A stretch of 63,991 nt of DNA, counting the filler, from Streblomastix strix (Eukaryota): the NCBI GenBank assembly GCA_008636045.1. It is 3 parts of 3 records of this genome, joined end to end, with 100 filler letters (N's around TTAATTAATTAA, not from the genome) between each part and the next. Parts side by side here need not be neighbours in the genome. Positions count along the whole stretch, not along the records: positions 22,310 to 44,503 come from SNRW01000334.1; positions 44,604 to 63,991 come from SNRW01000516.1; 1 more part is not named here. One strand, given 5' to 3'. The notes beneath the pieces were generated by a model that saw nothing but the letters and a program-made list of their open reading frames with translations, did not search any database and was not told where the DNA came from. Of the stretch, positions 43,324-57,867 are shown one piece after another. Made by a program: the position numbers and the translations under genes. The first letter of the stretch is position 1. Each line of letters begins with the position of its first letter.

Positions 43324-44245
43324 TAGGGGTGTTAAAAGGTGACTGGTGTGATTAACATGTCAAAATTGTGGGTGACAAGTGTGACATCTTTTTTTAATTT
43401 GGTTCAAATTAAAAAAAAATTAAAAAAAATTAAAAAAAAAATATTTTTTAGAAGTCAAATAATATATTTTGTATATTTTATTTTGCATATATTAATTGAA
43501 TAAATAAAAGTTATATATATTTAATATTAAATTGTGTTTTTCATTGAAATTTTTTTAATTTGTTTTTTTCTTGCTCTACAGCTTATTAATATTTATGAAT
43601 GTATCAAAATTATAGGTGATATAAATTATAATATCAAACTAGCATTAGATAGAGCATTATTTAAGTCTAGATAAAACGGTCACCAACCTTAGGGTGGCAA
43701 AAATTTTTGTCACCCGTTTCATACCTTTCACACCATTTCACACCAGTCACTTTAAGCCAGAAGTGTGGCACGAATTTTTACAGCAGGAAAGTGTACTATT
43801 TGATTGTAATTTTATATTATTTATAAACATCTATCTTTGATTAACCAATAATTTTAATAAATTTTATATTTCCATGTTCCTTGTCTATAAACACGAATTT
43901 TTTTAAAACTTTTAAAATTTTGTCATGCCCACAGTACCCACTTACATATTAATAATTAAATTTTCTATTTATAATTTTTATATATTATATTTTATATAGA
44001 ATAATATGTTAAACAATGAAACAGACTATGAATTACCAATGAAAAAATTTCATTTAAATTTTCAAAAATTCTTTATATCTATTTTAAAGTACCTATATAA
44101 AACTATAAATTCATAAGCTATTATTTATTACAATTAAATAATGAACTAAATCTTACATATTATTTATGTGGTTGACAAACTTTTTATTGGGTGACTGACA
44201 CGTCCATTTTTTTTCGGCCACCCGTGTCACACTTTAACACCCCTA
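43324..44245. mobile_element. Non-autonomous hAT-like TIR element
   Basis: TAGGGGTGTTAAA / TTTAACACCCCTA termini; internal GTGACA/TGTCAC motifs; no clean TSD. Confidence 0.7.
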
Positions 44246-44290
44246 ATTTTAATCATATTCCAAAACTTTTTCAAACTTTTAAGAATATAA

Positions 44291-44503
44291 ATGACTGACT
44301 AAAGCTCACGATTTGAAGCTCAAAAAAAGACGATTCAGGCTAATAATGCATGTGCACCTGAAGATGTGTGCCATTTTTGCTTTTAATTGTTTTTTTCATC
44401 ATTTTCACATTAATAATATTTATTATTATATTAGTAGTGAGCAAACAGGGGATCAGCCCTTAGAAAAAATTAAAACAATTATTCGGCATGGAAATGATCA
44501 AGT
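44291..44503 (+). CDS. 5' fragment of a hypothetical gene at contig end
   Basis: MTDQSSRFEAQKK...PEDV, an AT-rich intron-like gap, then SEQTGDQPLEK... Confidence 0.35.
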
Positions 44504-44603
44504 NNNNNNNNNNNNNNNNNNNNNNNNNNNNNNNNNNNNNNNNNNNNTTAATTAATTAANNNNNNNNNNNNNNNNNNNNNNNNNNNNNNNNNNNNNNNNN
44601 NNN
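44504..44603. other. Artificial contig-joining linker
   Basis: Same 100-nt N/TTAATTAATTAA spacer. Confidence 0.95.
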
Positions 44604-45869
44604 CTAATTTAACTTTCTTTTTATCATCATCATCATTTTCTTCTTCTTCATTCTCATCATCATTATTTCCTTCAAACAAATCTTTATTATCTTCTTCTTC
44701 ATCATCATCTAAATCAATATCTTCTTCTTCTTCTTCATCATCATCATCATCATCTTCTTCTTCTTCTTCTTCTTCATCTTATTCTTCTTCATCTTATTCT
44801 TCTTCTCCAACATGTCTCTTCAAATGAATGACTAAGATCTGCGGAGGTTCACGGATGGTAAGTTGCTTACGAGCACAGCTGTATTCTTTGCATCTGAAGT
44901 GGTTTGTAAAATAATATAAATATATAGTTATTGATAATGATAATAAAATTAATTATAATAAATATAATATAAACGAATAGTATATAAAATAATATATTGA
45001 ATACATAATTAATTTTAATACTTTTCACATTTGTACTGATTATCCTCATCAAGTGTTTCAATTTTTGTAAATTTATGCAAAGCTTCATCCAGTGAATTGC
45101 ATTTCGACTAATAAAAATAAAAAAAGATATTATTAAATAAAATAATATTATTGAAATTAATACTAATATCATATAGTAAATTAAATATAAATACATTCAT
45201 AATAACTAAAACCATACAATATCAAGTGAAATGTCCAAAAACGGGTCAAAAGTGTTCGACTCATGCCCACATTTCCCGCATTTAACCTGCGACTGCAGAA
45301 ACCCGCCAAAAATCTGGTGAATTATCGAAGTTGCTTCAGTTCTCATTGGGATCCTTTTAACAGTGTGCGGGATAGTCTAATAATGAGCCTGCTCAAGAGC
45401 TGTTCGTATGAACTCGTGGCTGTCCTCCATTTTGGCCGATTTGAACTCGGGGTTTATTTTGTGGAGATTTTTATACAGTGTTTAAGGAATTACGAGCTGT
45501 TTGGGGTTCTGGATGATTTTTGTAGATAATTTTTCGAGTTGGCACATGATACAGAATTTTTGTGATTTACCTGAGTAAGAAAAATAATGAAAACAAGAAA
45601 AAAATTAATAATGAATTAATTGTAAGATAATAAAATTTATTCATACATTATTGTGAATGACGGCCTTCCATGAAGTAATTTGCAAGTGGGGTAGTATGAG
45701 ACAAGCATTGAAGTGCAGAGTTCATAAAGCACGATACTCCAAAATTATGCAGACCAGCTCCTGGATGAGATGTTTTCAAAGGAACCAAGAGATGAGATAG
45801 ATTTTCTTTTGAATAGAGTTCCAGAGGAGGTGGAATGAATATATTTTCATCTATTGCCAATAATGTCAT
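44604..45869 (-). CDS. Ubiquitin-specific protease (C19, USP36/42-like), 3' truncated
   Basis: Cys box GLHNFGVSCFMNSALQCL; IHQIFGGFLQSQVKCGKCG...DPFLDISLDI; LDEDNQYKC; PQILVIHLKR. Confidence 0.9.
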
Positions 45870-46604
45870 AGTACTAATCAATTAGAAATTTAAATAATAC
45901 ATATAAAGAAACAATAATTTGATTTAAATAAGAAAAAGAAGTAGAAAGTTAAAGATTTTTGACAGATGTATATTGACGTTAATAAATTATTAAAAATAAA
46001 AATTTGATAATAAAGAGTAAAAATTGAATATTTTCTCTAATTTTATATTGTATAAATAATTTTTGTAATTGCAGTTAGTTCAGAAAAATGTGAACAAATA
46101 TTTCTCTATTAATGTAAAGTAAATTATATTTTAATGATTAAATTTGATTAATAGACTAAAATTTATACGAAAAATTTAAGATAATTAAACCTAAAAATAT
46201 CAGAGATATGCAATATGAAGGAATTAATTATAGAATTTGGAACATGATTTAATCGTCAAATTTTTCATTGATGCATGTTCAGTTATTATTAATTTACAAT
46301 AAATAGATTGATAAATTTAATTATTCATCTGTAATTAATTTTGATTAAACATACAACTAAAAAAATAAAAATTAATTTATTTTTTATATTTCCTCAATAT
46401 GTCCATAGTTTTAATAACCTTTGAAAACATATTTTTAATTATTTTTGTATGTTTTGAATAATTTCTCTAGTTAATATTGGTTTTTAGCTCTTCATTACCA
46501 AGATAACATCTATTAAGAATTTTATTAAAAATTTCATTTAATTTATTCTTTACAATAAACAAAATTATAATTTTTTTATGATAATTTATCAAATTTCTAG
46601 GTTA

Positions 46605-48236
46605 ATGACAGAAAAATCAACTTAGCTCACAATTACATAATAAATAGAAGAAATATTTTCACTTTCAACTCTCAATGACAATGAACATGCTAGAAAATTG
46701 AAAGAAATTGAAAATTAGATCAAAAGAATAAAATTTGAAGAATTGAAATAAATATTCGATGTTTATCTATGTGAAACAATCAAAAGCAAGCTATTTAAAT
46801 GCTAAACATAATCCGAGATTGTTTTACTTGATACACTGATATGTATCATAGATTTAATGTGGGAACGAAAGGACACGAATTTTCAAAGTTCTTTGATTAG
46901 ATCAGGTTTATTAAAAACCATCTAAAGAAGTTTATTAGAAAAAATTTCATTATTTGAATAATAACAAAACTAAACACTTTAAATTAATGATTTTAGCAAT
47001 TCACTTATAGAATTCGAGATAAAAATGGTGCATATCATTATTATCAGCACGATTAATCGGGATATGAACTAATCACAAAATATTATTTGCACACAAGTTC
47101 TTATTCATGAAATATAATATCTCATAAATATTGCAAATTGACTCATTAGTGATAATAAAGAAAAAGAAAAAGAAAGAAATGAAGTTTATTCCGAGATTGA
47201 ACTTATTACCTTAATTAGAAAGATTGAACATTCGATAGTTTAAATTAGCACATATACAATGGCTTTTCTTGGTTAATTAAGTGATACGAAATCAACCTAG
47301 CACTAATTGATAAAAAGATTAAGTCTTCTTTTTCACTTAAATTGTCCTTCGAACTTGAAATGCACAAATTGTATTGGGTATATTGCTAATGAATAAGTAT
47401 TGCATTATCTGCATGCAGCATCTATTGAAGCATTTAAAATTCTTATTTCATATGATGGCATTGCGAATAACTTTCTTATCTAGCAAGATGTGTTTGCTCA
47501 CATGAGTCCAAATATAATATCATTAGCTGATTAACACTAACAATATATTTCACTTCATAGGAAATCAAACAAAGAAGATCGAAATTTGTCTTGTTGTTTT
47601 ACTTCTCACTAACAAGCCGCTGTTTCAGTTTCAATATCTCTGTTTTAAAACGTTTAATAATATGACAATGGTATATAAGACAACTTTTTTGCAGTTCCTA
47701 ATCTCATTGAATCTATACTATGTCTTACACAATACTAGAGGAATAATCACATTGACTTAACTGATGGCAATTATACTGAATAAAATGATTATATGGAGAG
47801 TTAAACAAATGTGAGATAAATCAGTTTAAATTTCATATATTGGATGATCAGATACAGTTATCCAAACAATCTCATTCAATTAGTGCAAATTCCAAACTTC
47901 GTTTCTATTGTAACATCAGGATCAGGAACTGCTGGTGGATCTGAAGAAGAATAATATATAGTTATATACTATTCACTAATGACAATTATTTACTTCTACA
48001 AACGGTATTAAGAAAACAATTTCGATCCATAACGCACAATTCTGAAGCCTTTTGAAGAAGAAATTGAAGAATCTGGTCAAATTGAAGAAGCAGAAGCTTA
48101 AATGTTTATATCCAGAAAGTATTATAATGAAAATGGTACTGTAATAAGTGATAAAGCTCTTGAGTGTATGAGAGAAATCATTAATGCATACATAGATGAT
48201 ACTAACTTACCTGTTTGGATGCGCCACAGACATTGA
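46605..48236 (+). CDS. Expanded uncharacterised family protein
   Basis: Intronless; FHLNCPSNLKCTNC, SGTAGGSEEE, EEIEESGQIEEAEAQM; ATG and TGA are in frame. Confidence 0.8.
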
Positions 48237-48570
48237 TGATTAAAAGAAGAAGATGCGAATTATTTTAATGTTTAAGAATTAAGAAGATTTATGTAAAGGA
48301 ATGTAGTGTTTTTTTTACACTGAAAGTGGCAGTTATATTATCTATTAGTTTTTGAAAAATATAATTTAATACAAAATTATTTATCATAGCTAAATAAAAA
48401 CATTATCAAAAATATTTGATAGAATTGGTATATAAATAGATGAATAAATAGTCCATTTATTATTTAAGATTATCCATTTTTAAATAGAATATGAAAAAAA
48501 TAATAATAATCAATTAGTCAGTAATTAATACAATGAATGCAAACATTTCCAATAATTATCTACTGTCAAA

Positions 48571-50289
48571 TCATTTACACATATTCAACTAATATTGCAT
48601 CAATCTCTTCGCTCTAAATTGAATATCATCACTCCTCAAAATTTGCTTATGGAACTGATTTGAATCAATTTCTTCATTTATTCCTTCTTCTTCAAATTGA
48701 TCAAATACTTCTTTCAAAAGACTTGGTAATGGCTGATGATATTTCTCTCTCCCATGAATGTAGAATCTAATGATATTTTCTATGTAAAGGAGACTAACAC
48801 TGATCGATTTGTTGTATTGTTCAGTACCTCCACCAGAAATTCCAATGATTTATCCTTCAAATTGTATTATATTCAGTTCTTTGATTGTTCTGATTTAACC
48901 AGCTTCATTTATATTCAAACGAATTGAATTCAGAATAATATTACTCATTGTTCGGATATCACCAGATATTTTATTCAGATCTTCAATCGGAGTTGATTTT
49001 CTCTGGAAATGAGTAAGATCTAATAATGCGACTATTAGATTATTATTATAGAGAACTTATTGATATTTGGTAAAATCCTTTTTGAGAAGTTCTTTGAAGA
49101 GTTAAAGTGTATCTTGTAAAAGATGTAATTATGATATTTATATTGATTGTTCAGTTTAGCCAACAACAGATTCATAAGATGGTACAAACTCGGTTCTATT
49201 TGAAGGAATAATAATATTATTATTATCTATAGATTGAATTATTTGATTATGCAAAGTTTAACTTTATGATAATATAAGCAATGTCAGATGCTGCATAGCC
49301 GTTGGTATATGATAATAAATCTCATCATACTAAATATAGATACTTAACATCTTAAACACATATCTTTGGAACTCTTATGTTATTTAAGATATTGGAAGAG
49401 TAATGCAATTATTACAATTCAATTCACTTGGGCAGTTGATGTGAAAATATGGCCATATATATTGACACATACTCAATACACCCACGAATTCACGCTGTAT
49501 AACATTCTGCTCACTGATGCAGGTAAATGCTTTTATATCTGCTATCCCATCATGCATTATTTTTGTTTTGTCTTTTGTGGATTCTTTTTTCAAGTTGGAA
49601 TATAGATCAGTAAATGCATCTTTGAAGAAGAAACTTAAATATGTATAATATTATTCATCTATTACTATGCTCTTGTTGATGAATGAATACATGCGAAAAA
49701 GCTGTTTCTCATAATTTGTATTATCTTTATTATTCTGATTTATTTGAATTTCTATAAGTAAAATTTCTTCAATTCTTTTCAACAATCCTGATTATTGGAA
49801 TTAAACAAAGAATTTGTTATTTTAATACTATTCTACAATATCTGCTCCATATTCAGCGATTTAACTAATAACATCAAATAGTTCTGCCTGAACAGACTTT
49901 GAACTTTCAGTAATCAATTCTCTAAATTCCATCTAGAAAATTTTTGAAAGATTTGGCTTAATTTTTGTAATTTTTTGTTTTATAGCTTACGAATGAAGTT
50001 CTAAATCTTTTTATCTCTCTTTATATAATTATTATTTAGAAAGAATATCACCTTCCTTATCATCAATCAAATAACTATATTACAAGGATATTCTTTTTGA
50101 TTTTTCAATTTTCTTCAGTTCATATTCATTTTTCAATATCGCTCTCATCTCTTCTTCGCTTGCATCTGGTATTACTCCATAAATTTATTTTTTCATATCA
50201 TTTAACTTTATTTTAGGGAATGTTCCATATATTTCATCTATTAAATCCTTCAATTCAGTGAAAATCTTTTACAAGTCTGAATTGTTCAT
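48571..50289 (-). CDS. Expanded uncharacterised family protein
   Basis: FHINCPSELNCNNC, DQFEEEGINEEIDS; ATG to TGA spans 573 codons. Confidence 0.75.
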
Positions 50290-51280
50290 TCCTGTAGAAT
50301 TTCTAGAATAAAATAATGAATACAAAGTATAAATTTAAGCTTGTAAGAAAATTATGATAAGAATACTTTCATTATTGAATTTTATGTAGTCTTTTTTGTT
50401 TGGAAAATAAATTTGAAAATTTATTATTTTTTATTAATTTATTATGGCCAAATAGAATATTAAAAATAAAATTAATTTTAGATTTAAATTTAAAATTTAC
50501 TAATAAATAAAAATGAATTGAAACTATAAAATTATATCTCATTTTTTGTGAATTAAAGCGATTTTTATATTTTTATTTCACAAAATAATTTTAATTGATA
50601 TCCTTGAATTTAATTCAGCAGAGTGTATTTAAATATTCTTTCAAAAGATGTAATATTTAATAAATTTATTTATGCAGATAATTTAATAGGGTAAATAGAG
50701 TTTGCATATTGGAAATTATCACTTTAAACAAAATTCAATTTTTAATTCATAAAAATATGCACAATTAAAAACAAATTCATTTATTGGTTATATTAATTAT
50801 AGTAATGTTTTTTTAATTTTAAATTCATTTCTTTATTATTTGATGTTATGAGTGTTGCAGGTGGATACAAAGAAGTTAATGATGATCAGATAATTGGAAT
50901 AATATTTCAACTTAATCACATATATTCAATTGAAAAAGATGAGAATGAACATAAAATTAATCATTAGAAAATAATAAATGAGTATGATTTAAAGGAATAA
51001 ATTGAATAAGATCGAATTATAAGTGAATTTAATGTTCATTCATATCATTATCTCTTTAATACGTATAATAGCAGAAAACTAAGAGCAGTTACATTAATTG
51101 AGTCAATATTTAAATTCTTTAAATATTATTCAAACAGAACCAAATTTGAAATGTGAATTCATCTTATTGTATGAAAATTTATTACAATTCAATAAATTAA
51201 ATATAATTATAAATAAATGAGTTTTTCAACAATATGTTTTATTTACAGAAATCAAATAAAAAATAACAAAATAAAAGGTT

Positions 51281-53840
51281 TCAACAGAAAATTTGACAGA
51301 AAATTGGCATATTCAATTCATTGTATTATGAATCAATAATATTCTTAACATTTTGAATCAAATTATGAAGTAATTCCAATTTGAAGTAATGTTTGTGTTG
51401 TGGATGAATATATTAAATTTTTACTAATTTTAAATTCTTACAACGTTATAAGGGATTTGCCATTTATTATTATATAAACGAGTATCCATTTCTTCAAATC
51501 CACCTTCAGATTCTATTTGTTCTTATGCAGAATGGTAAAGTATTGGTTAAGGAGAAATTTTAAAAATAGAATTAATTTTTGAATGATATCTATAAATTTT
51601 TCTTCCAATACATAATGTTTCTAAGAATTTTTGTATTTATAAAATTTTTTCATATATTTTTACATTTTCCTATTTTTCATTCATTCCAACAGATGAAACA
51701 ACTAATGAAAGTGTTGAAATATAACCTCCTTATAATAATAATTTTAATGAATGAAAATCTGAATGATATTCAATTTCAAGCAAACATTATCTACAATATT
51801 CTTTTAGTTGCAATTGAATTTATTTATTTCTTTGATTAATTTATTATTTAATATAATATTTATAGATATTTATAAGAGATGAAATTAATTGAGGAGTTTT
51901 TCGAACAATTGAATTAATTTTTGGATTAAATTATAATATGAAGTAAATAAGTTTGATAGTAGAAAATACTACCAATGAAGATGGATGATACAATTTCAAA
52001 TGATTATTGGCTTTTATTTTGATTAGTGGATTAATTTTGGTTTTACAATTTAACACTGAAATGAGATGTTAGATTAGATTATGCTAATTCATCAAGAAAT
52101 CTTTCAAATTTTAATTGCATTTCGATGCAATCAATAATGTTCTAAATACTAATAATTATAAATCTTATATATGTTGTGATTATTAAATTTCATATCAGAA
52201 TTGACAATTAAGTTGTTTGTTGCAATTAACGTGCAATAAAGGAATAATTCTTTGTTTAATAATTTCTTCAAATGTCTTAGGAAAGTTAATATCTTTATTT
52301 TTATAGATATTATATTATCCTGCAACTCGAAATAATTTTGATAATGATTCACTTAATCTTTTGTTAGTTTTATTTAAGTCAGTGGAAAGAAAAATATCTA
52401 AATTCTTATTCAAAACTTTAAGACATCTATCAACAATTTCTTTTTTAATTTCATGATAATTCATTGTAATTAAATAAATTCTTAACAATTATTCAATTAT
52501 ATCAGAATATTTCTTGTTTTCATCATGATTATCAATTTTCTATATAATTAACAATTCTATTTTATTCAACAATCCTGAATTTATCATATGTTGATAGTAC
52601 ATATTTTCATTTCTGCAATTACCTTAATATAATATATTATTATATGATTGGATCTAATTTCCAATTCCAATAGCGAATTCAATTATATCTAAAAGAATTT
52701 TCTCAAATTTTGAAGAGCAATTTATAAGATGATTATTCAACAGATTAAATTAATGAATGTCAAAAATTTTTATTATTTCATTTTTTCCTTTTTTCTTAAG
52801 CCATTTAAAATATTTCTTTATTATTTTTGCTTTTTAATCAACAGATAATGCAAGTGATTCCAATATTTCATTAAGATCTTATTATAGATATAATATATAT
52901 AAATATTTAATAATAATTTTAAGTTAAAAATATACCATGATTAGTGAAATATTTATCCTCTAGACATTCAGATTAAGAGTAACTAAATGATGAAATAAAA
53001 TCATCAGGATTCGATAATGAAAGATCTATTATAAATAAATAAATAAATAAAAAAAAATACACATTTTCTAAAATTTATTATTATTATTCTTTTAATATAC
53101 TATATTTAATATAATAATTTATAAACCGTTCATTAATTCTCTATTATGTTATAATTATTTAAAATGTTTTTTTCTTTTTCTTCTTCTTTCTTTATCTTTA
53201 TCACTATCAGGCAATTTTTAATGTTTTTTACTTTCCTATTTTTCATATATCTTGTGTTTTGAATTATCTTTCTCCTTTGTTTAATTTTAATCTTTTTCTT
53301 TCTTTTTAACATTTTCATTAACAGTTTATTAATTTTGAACATTAGATTTAGTTAATTATTATTGATGATGCTTTTCTGATTATTTATTAAGATTAGACAT
53401 TAAAAATAGATACCAATATAAATTTTTTCAATTAACATTTTTAAATAATAATAATTATTATTTAATAATTATTAATAATTAATAATTTATAAACTTTTCA
53501 TTTAACTAATTATAATAAACTTTACCTAAAATCACAGATTCATCAATTACTGCGCTTGATAGCATAACTCTAATTCTTCTATCATGCAAAATATATTTAT
53601 CTAATAATTAAATTGCTCTTTAAGCTTCTTAAGAATCATTCATCTCAACAAATCCATGAGTAATTCCAAAATTTAATTGTCTGTAAACATCTATTCTGGA
53701 AATATTAAAATATAGAAAATATAAGGAATGAATTGAGTTAAATATGCATACACAACTCCAACGGTTTCAAATAATTTTTTAATATTTATATTTTCCGTTT
53801 TTGAGCTTAAATTATAAATAATCAACTGCGTTTAACTCAT
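51281..53840 (-). CDS. RRM + coiled-coil + expanded-family domain protein (paralog A); multi-intron
   Basis: LIIYNLS...LFETVGVV...HGFVEMNDSQEAQRAIQLLDKYILHDRRIRV (RRM); EQIESEGGFEEMD; TGA 51281. Confidence 0.75.
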
Positions 53841-54652
53841 CTAGTAAAATAAATAAATAAAAGAAAACAAAAATGTGGAAAATTTAATTATTTATTAGTG
53901 TTAATTCCAAATCGTACAAAAAATTGTTGTATCATAACAATTGATAAAAATTAAATTATAAAAATTAGATTTTAATTTGTAAAGTTCAGAAAAATTAACA
54001 TTCTTCAAAATTTTAATAAAAATTAAGGTGATTTTTGCTCCTCCAAATATTGAAGTTCATTTGAATAATTTTGGTAATAATAATATAATTAGTAAAAATA
54101 TGGTCACATAAATAAGAATTTAATCACAAACAAGAGTACGATAGGAAAGATTTTTCAAAAACTTTAAATTTAATAATTTCTTATAATAAAGATGAAGAAA
54201 ATCAAATAGATATAATTATTATATATTAACTAGTATAAAATTTAAAATTTTGCTCTGAAAGTATAAAAAGCGATTATAATTTTTTGTAATTTATTAAATT
54301 ACTTTGCGCAATCACATTGTATTATATTATATACCAATTATTAATTATCCAAATAATAAATTTTATTTAACTTGTCAATTATAATCTATTTTGCATTCCT
54401 ATTTACTTGTTACGAATAAAAATTACAAAAAGTCATATTCACACATCATCATTACAGCATTATTTTTCAAAACTCATTTATTGTGATTTAAATCCATCTT
54501 AGAACAAGAAATTATTCTTCATTTAAATTATATTCTTCTGACAAGATAGAAACACTAAGTAAATATTGATAATTTAAAAAACACTCACTAAATCGCCATA
54601 AAAAGTTTATTAAAAATTATTCGAAAAAACATTTATTTGCTATTTCAATTAG

Positions 54653-56162
54653 ATGGGAAACGAGTGTCCATTTCCTGCCTTCAAATATACCTATCTCCCA
54701 CCCGCAACCATTTGCTGGTCGGAGTATTTCCGGCAATGTTCACTGAACTACAACAAGAATCTCGGTGATTTATTCAAGCGTCAATTCAAAGGCAAAATTG
54801 TTGAATGGGAAGGAGCAGTAACATCTGTGTCCAGCGACAACGCGAAGCTGATTATGAACCCGAGCGAAGCAACGATCACGCGGTCAGAGGTTACAGTTAA
54901 ATTTCCACCTGAAGTAAACAAAGGAGCTTCGCCACCATTCCAGCTTAACAGCAAAGTGCGTTTCAGAGGAGTACTTGATGATTTCGGACTTCTTAGTAAC
55001 CACCAAGTATCTGCTGTTCGACTTGATGCAGCGCACCCTCCAGATTATCAGTTGACTTATGGTGCTTTCTTGCAGATATTTGGTGCTGATGCATAAGGCG
55101 CTGCTCCAAATAATTTCTTGAAGTTCTGGAAGGTATAACAAATATAATTATTAAAGTATTGAAAAAATAATTTTATTTAATTTTAATTTTGTTATTTTTT
55201 ATTTAATAATTAATTTATTTTATTATTATTTATTTCATTTGCAGAACCAACCCATTGTCCTTGAAGTTAGTTTCATGAAATTCAAAGAAGCACCCGAGTA
55301 CAACTTAGAAGGTTGCAGCCATAAATTGGATTTCAAACTTTCATCGATGTTCAAAGATTTCCCTGAAGAACCAATTCGGATGCTTGTTCCATCTGCACGA
55401 CAAGATTTATTCAATAAATGCGTGAATGCAAGACCTGATCAAAGTTTGCATGCATTTATATTTATGAATAACTAAATATTTTAATTATTATATATAAATT
55501 AATTTCTCAATTAAAAATTCTTATATTTAAATATTTATATATAAATTAATTTTAATTTACTAATATAATCCAGTATTTAACGTTCAAGCGCACTTCTTAA
55601 TTCGCAATGATAAACACACTCTCTTCCTTGAAAGAATTGATGGTCCATTAATCAAAGCCAGTAATGCTATTCCTTTTTCTGGTGTTAATCCTACAGGTCA
55701 ATATCAATAACAATAATATCAATAGCAATAACAATAGTTATAAGGATAAATGTAAGGATCTGTTGTTCCAATTGGTGGAAATGTTAATCCTGTTTCACCA
55801 ATTGCAATTTCTATAATGAAACCACCTGGCTAAATTTATCAACCACAAACTGGAATAATTCAATCTCCATACTACCAATAACCTGTTCAACCTATTGGAT
55901 AATAATAATAATAACCAATACAATCCATTTAATAATAAATATAAAATCCTTCATATTATCCACAAACTGCAACTTCCAACATTCCTCCATATTTACAGCC
56001 GTAATCACAAAGTCCAACTCCATATATTCAGACATAGATACCAGTTCCTTCAAATTAAAATGCAAATATAAATATCAATTAATAATAATAACTATAATAG
56101 TAACAATTACCAGTTCGTATTCTTCTTCCTCCGCCAATGCAATTTAACACATAAACTAACAC

Positions 56163-56198
<36 letters not shown>

Positions 56199-56571
56199 TC
56201 AGTAACAACAATCCAATCCAAATCTTCCAATAGTTCTTCCAAAACCACCTACAAGACCAATTGGTACAATCACTCCATCAGCTCCACCATTAGAAGATGA
56301 TGATTATTCATATGACAGCAATACTAGAATGAATGATAATACAAATAGTGCAAATTAACTTCCTAAACCACCTGATATTCTTCCATCATAACCGAATTAT
56401 TAGAGTTCAAGTATTTCTTCTGTATCTGGTGCTTCAAATGATGGTTTGGAACCATATCCAAGTTTGACTCCTATTGGATCAAATGATTCGAATACAAATA
56501 CAAATAAAGATTAGAATCAGAAAAGTCCAAATGATAATGCTGATTACGGTATTTATAGCATGACTTTCTGA
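54653..56571 (+). CDS. Hypothetical protein: OB-fold-like N-terminus and Q/P-rich tail; two introns
   Basis: FKGKIVEWEGAVTSV...KVRFRGVLDDFG pattern; GT-AG introns about 55133-55244 and 55460-55573 (second donor unclear); TGA 56569-56571. Confidence 0.6.
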
Positions 56572-56845
56572 AAGAAGCAATGATAATAATATAAACCAGA
56601 ATTAATTCAAATAAAATGTGAAGAGCATCTAACTGAACGGGCTGAACTAATAAAAGTCTTGAAAACAGTCAAAACTTCTCCAAATTTGCAAAAGAAGCAT
56701 AACCAAAGCTGAATTAATTAACGCAATCATCTACTTCTAGAGGTTTATATATTTAATAAATATATGTACATTATTTATTATTAAAATTGTTATTCAATTT
56801 TATTCTGTTTCATATAATTAAGGATATCCTTATACTATATTCAAT

Positions 56846-57609
56846 ATGGATCCTGAATATGTTGAATTCATTGAAATTGATGACGTCCAGAAGAAGATAA
56901 ACAAGAAAAAAGATTATTATAGTACAATCTTATTAGTTCAGGTTATTGATAAATTGATTTGGTCTTTTGAAGTTATAGTCTCGAATATGGGTTATTATGG
57001 GAAAGGTTTGAAATTATTATTTTTATTTTTATATTCTGATTATTTTCTTATTCAGCCGTTGGAATTGTTCGTGATTCATATGGCATTCCTGCAAAAGCTA
57101 ATTATTATTGGAAACCTCGTTTGCTTATTCATTTTTTATTTTTATTAAAAATATTTTTTTAATTTTATTTAGATACTGATTATATTGCTGCATTCTGTGG
57201 AGGGTTTGAATAAATAAATTATTTATTTAAACAAAATAAAACTTATTAAATTATTTTATAATCTTTTAAAGAAATAATTATGTTTGGTATAAAGGATAAG
57301 GAACACTTGATAATGACTTATTCGAAGAGAATAAGATCGTAAGGCTTGAATTTGATTCGTTCAAAGGAACATTGATCTTATTCATAGACAATGTTCAACA
57401 ACCAGTCTATATCTCTGGCATAAAAGAAAAAGTGCGATTTATTGTATGAAAATATAATTATTTATTATATTTATAAAATTATTGTTATTAATTTAATTTG
57501 CAAGATGTACGTTTATTATTCTGGTTCTTCTTGCACAATTCGCTTATTGAAGAAACTATCTGCTTCAACATCAAAACATTAAAAGAATGAAAGTGCAATT
57601 TAATTATGA
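56846..57609 (+). CDS. SPRY/B30.2-like domain gene or gene remnant; four introns
   Basis: Splices in frame: AVGIVRDSY...IVRLEFDSFKGTLILFIDNVQQPVYISGIKEKVRFI; upstream region is frameshifted so the start is uncertain. Confidence 0.65.
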
Positions 57610-57867
57610 ACGAAAAAACAATTACTGATGAAAATATAAATGATTTGTCATAATAATAATATTTTCAATCAAATAAATTCTTTCTTGATAAATTTATCTT
57701 TAAAATCTTGTGTATTTATCTCTAATTAACAATAATATTATTATAAGAATAATTTTGATCACATCATTGTTCAAATACCTAAAATGCTTTAATTAATTGA
57801 AATTCTATAAAATAAAACATTATGAAGAAATTTATAAGTTTTCTAAAAAGGTTTTTATTTACAGAAA

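Noticed and set aside
44604..45869. USP gene as part of the ubiquitin-gene cluster
   Set aside because: It is on a different contig beyond the linker, so adjacency is artificial.
50848..51160. Short ORF starting MSVAGG
   Set aside because: Looks like a decayed fragment of the expanded family; too little support for a gene call.
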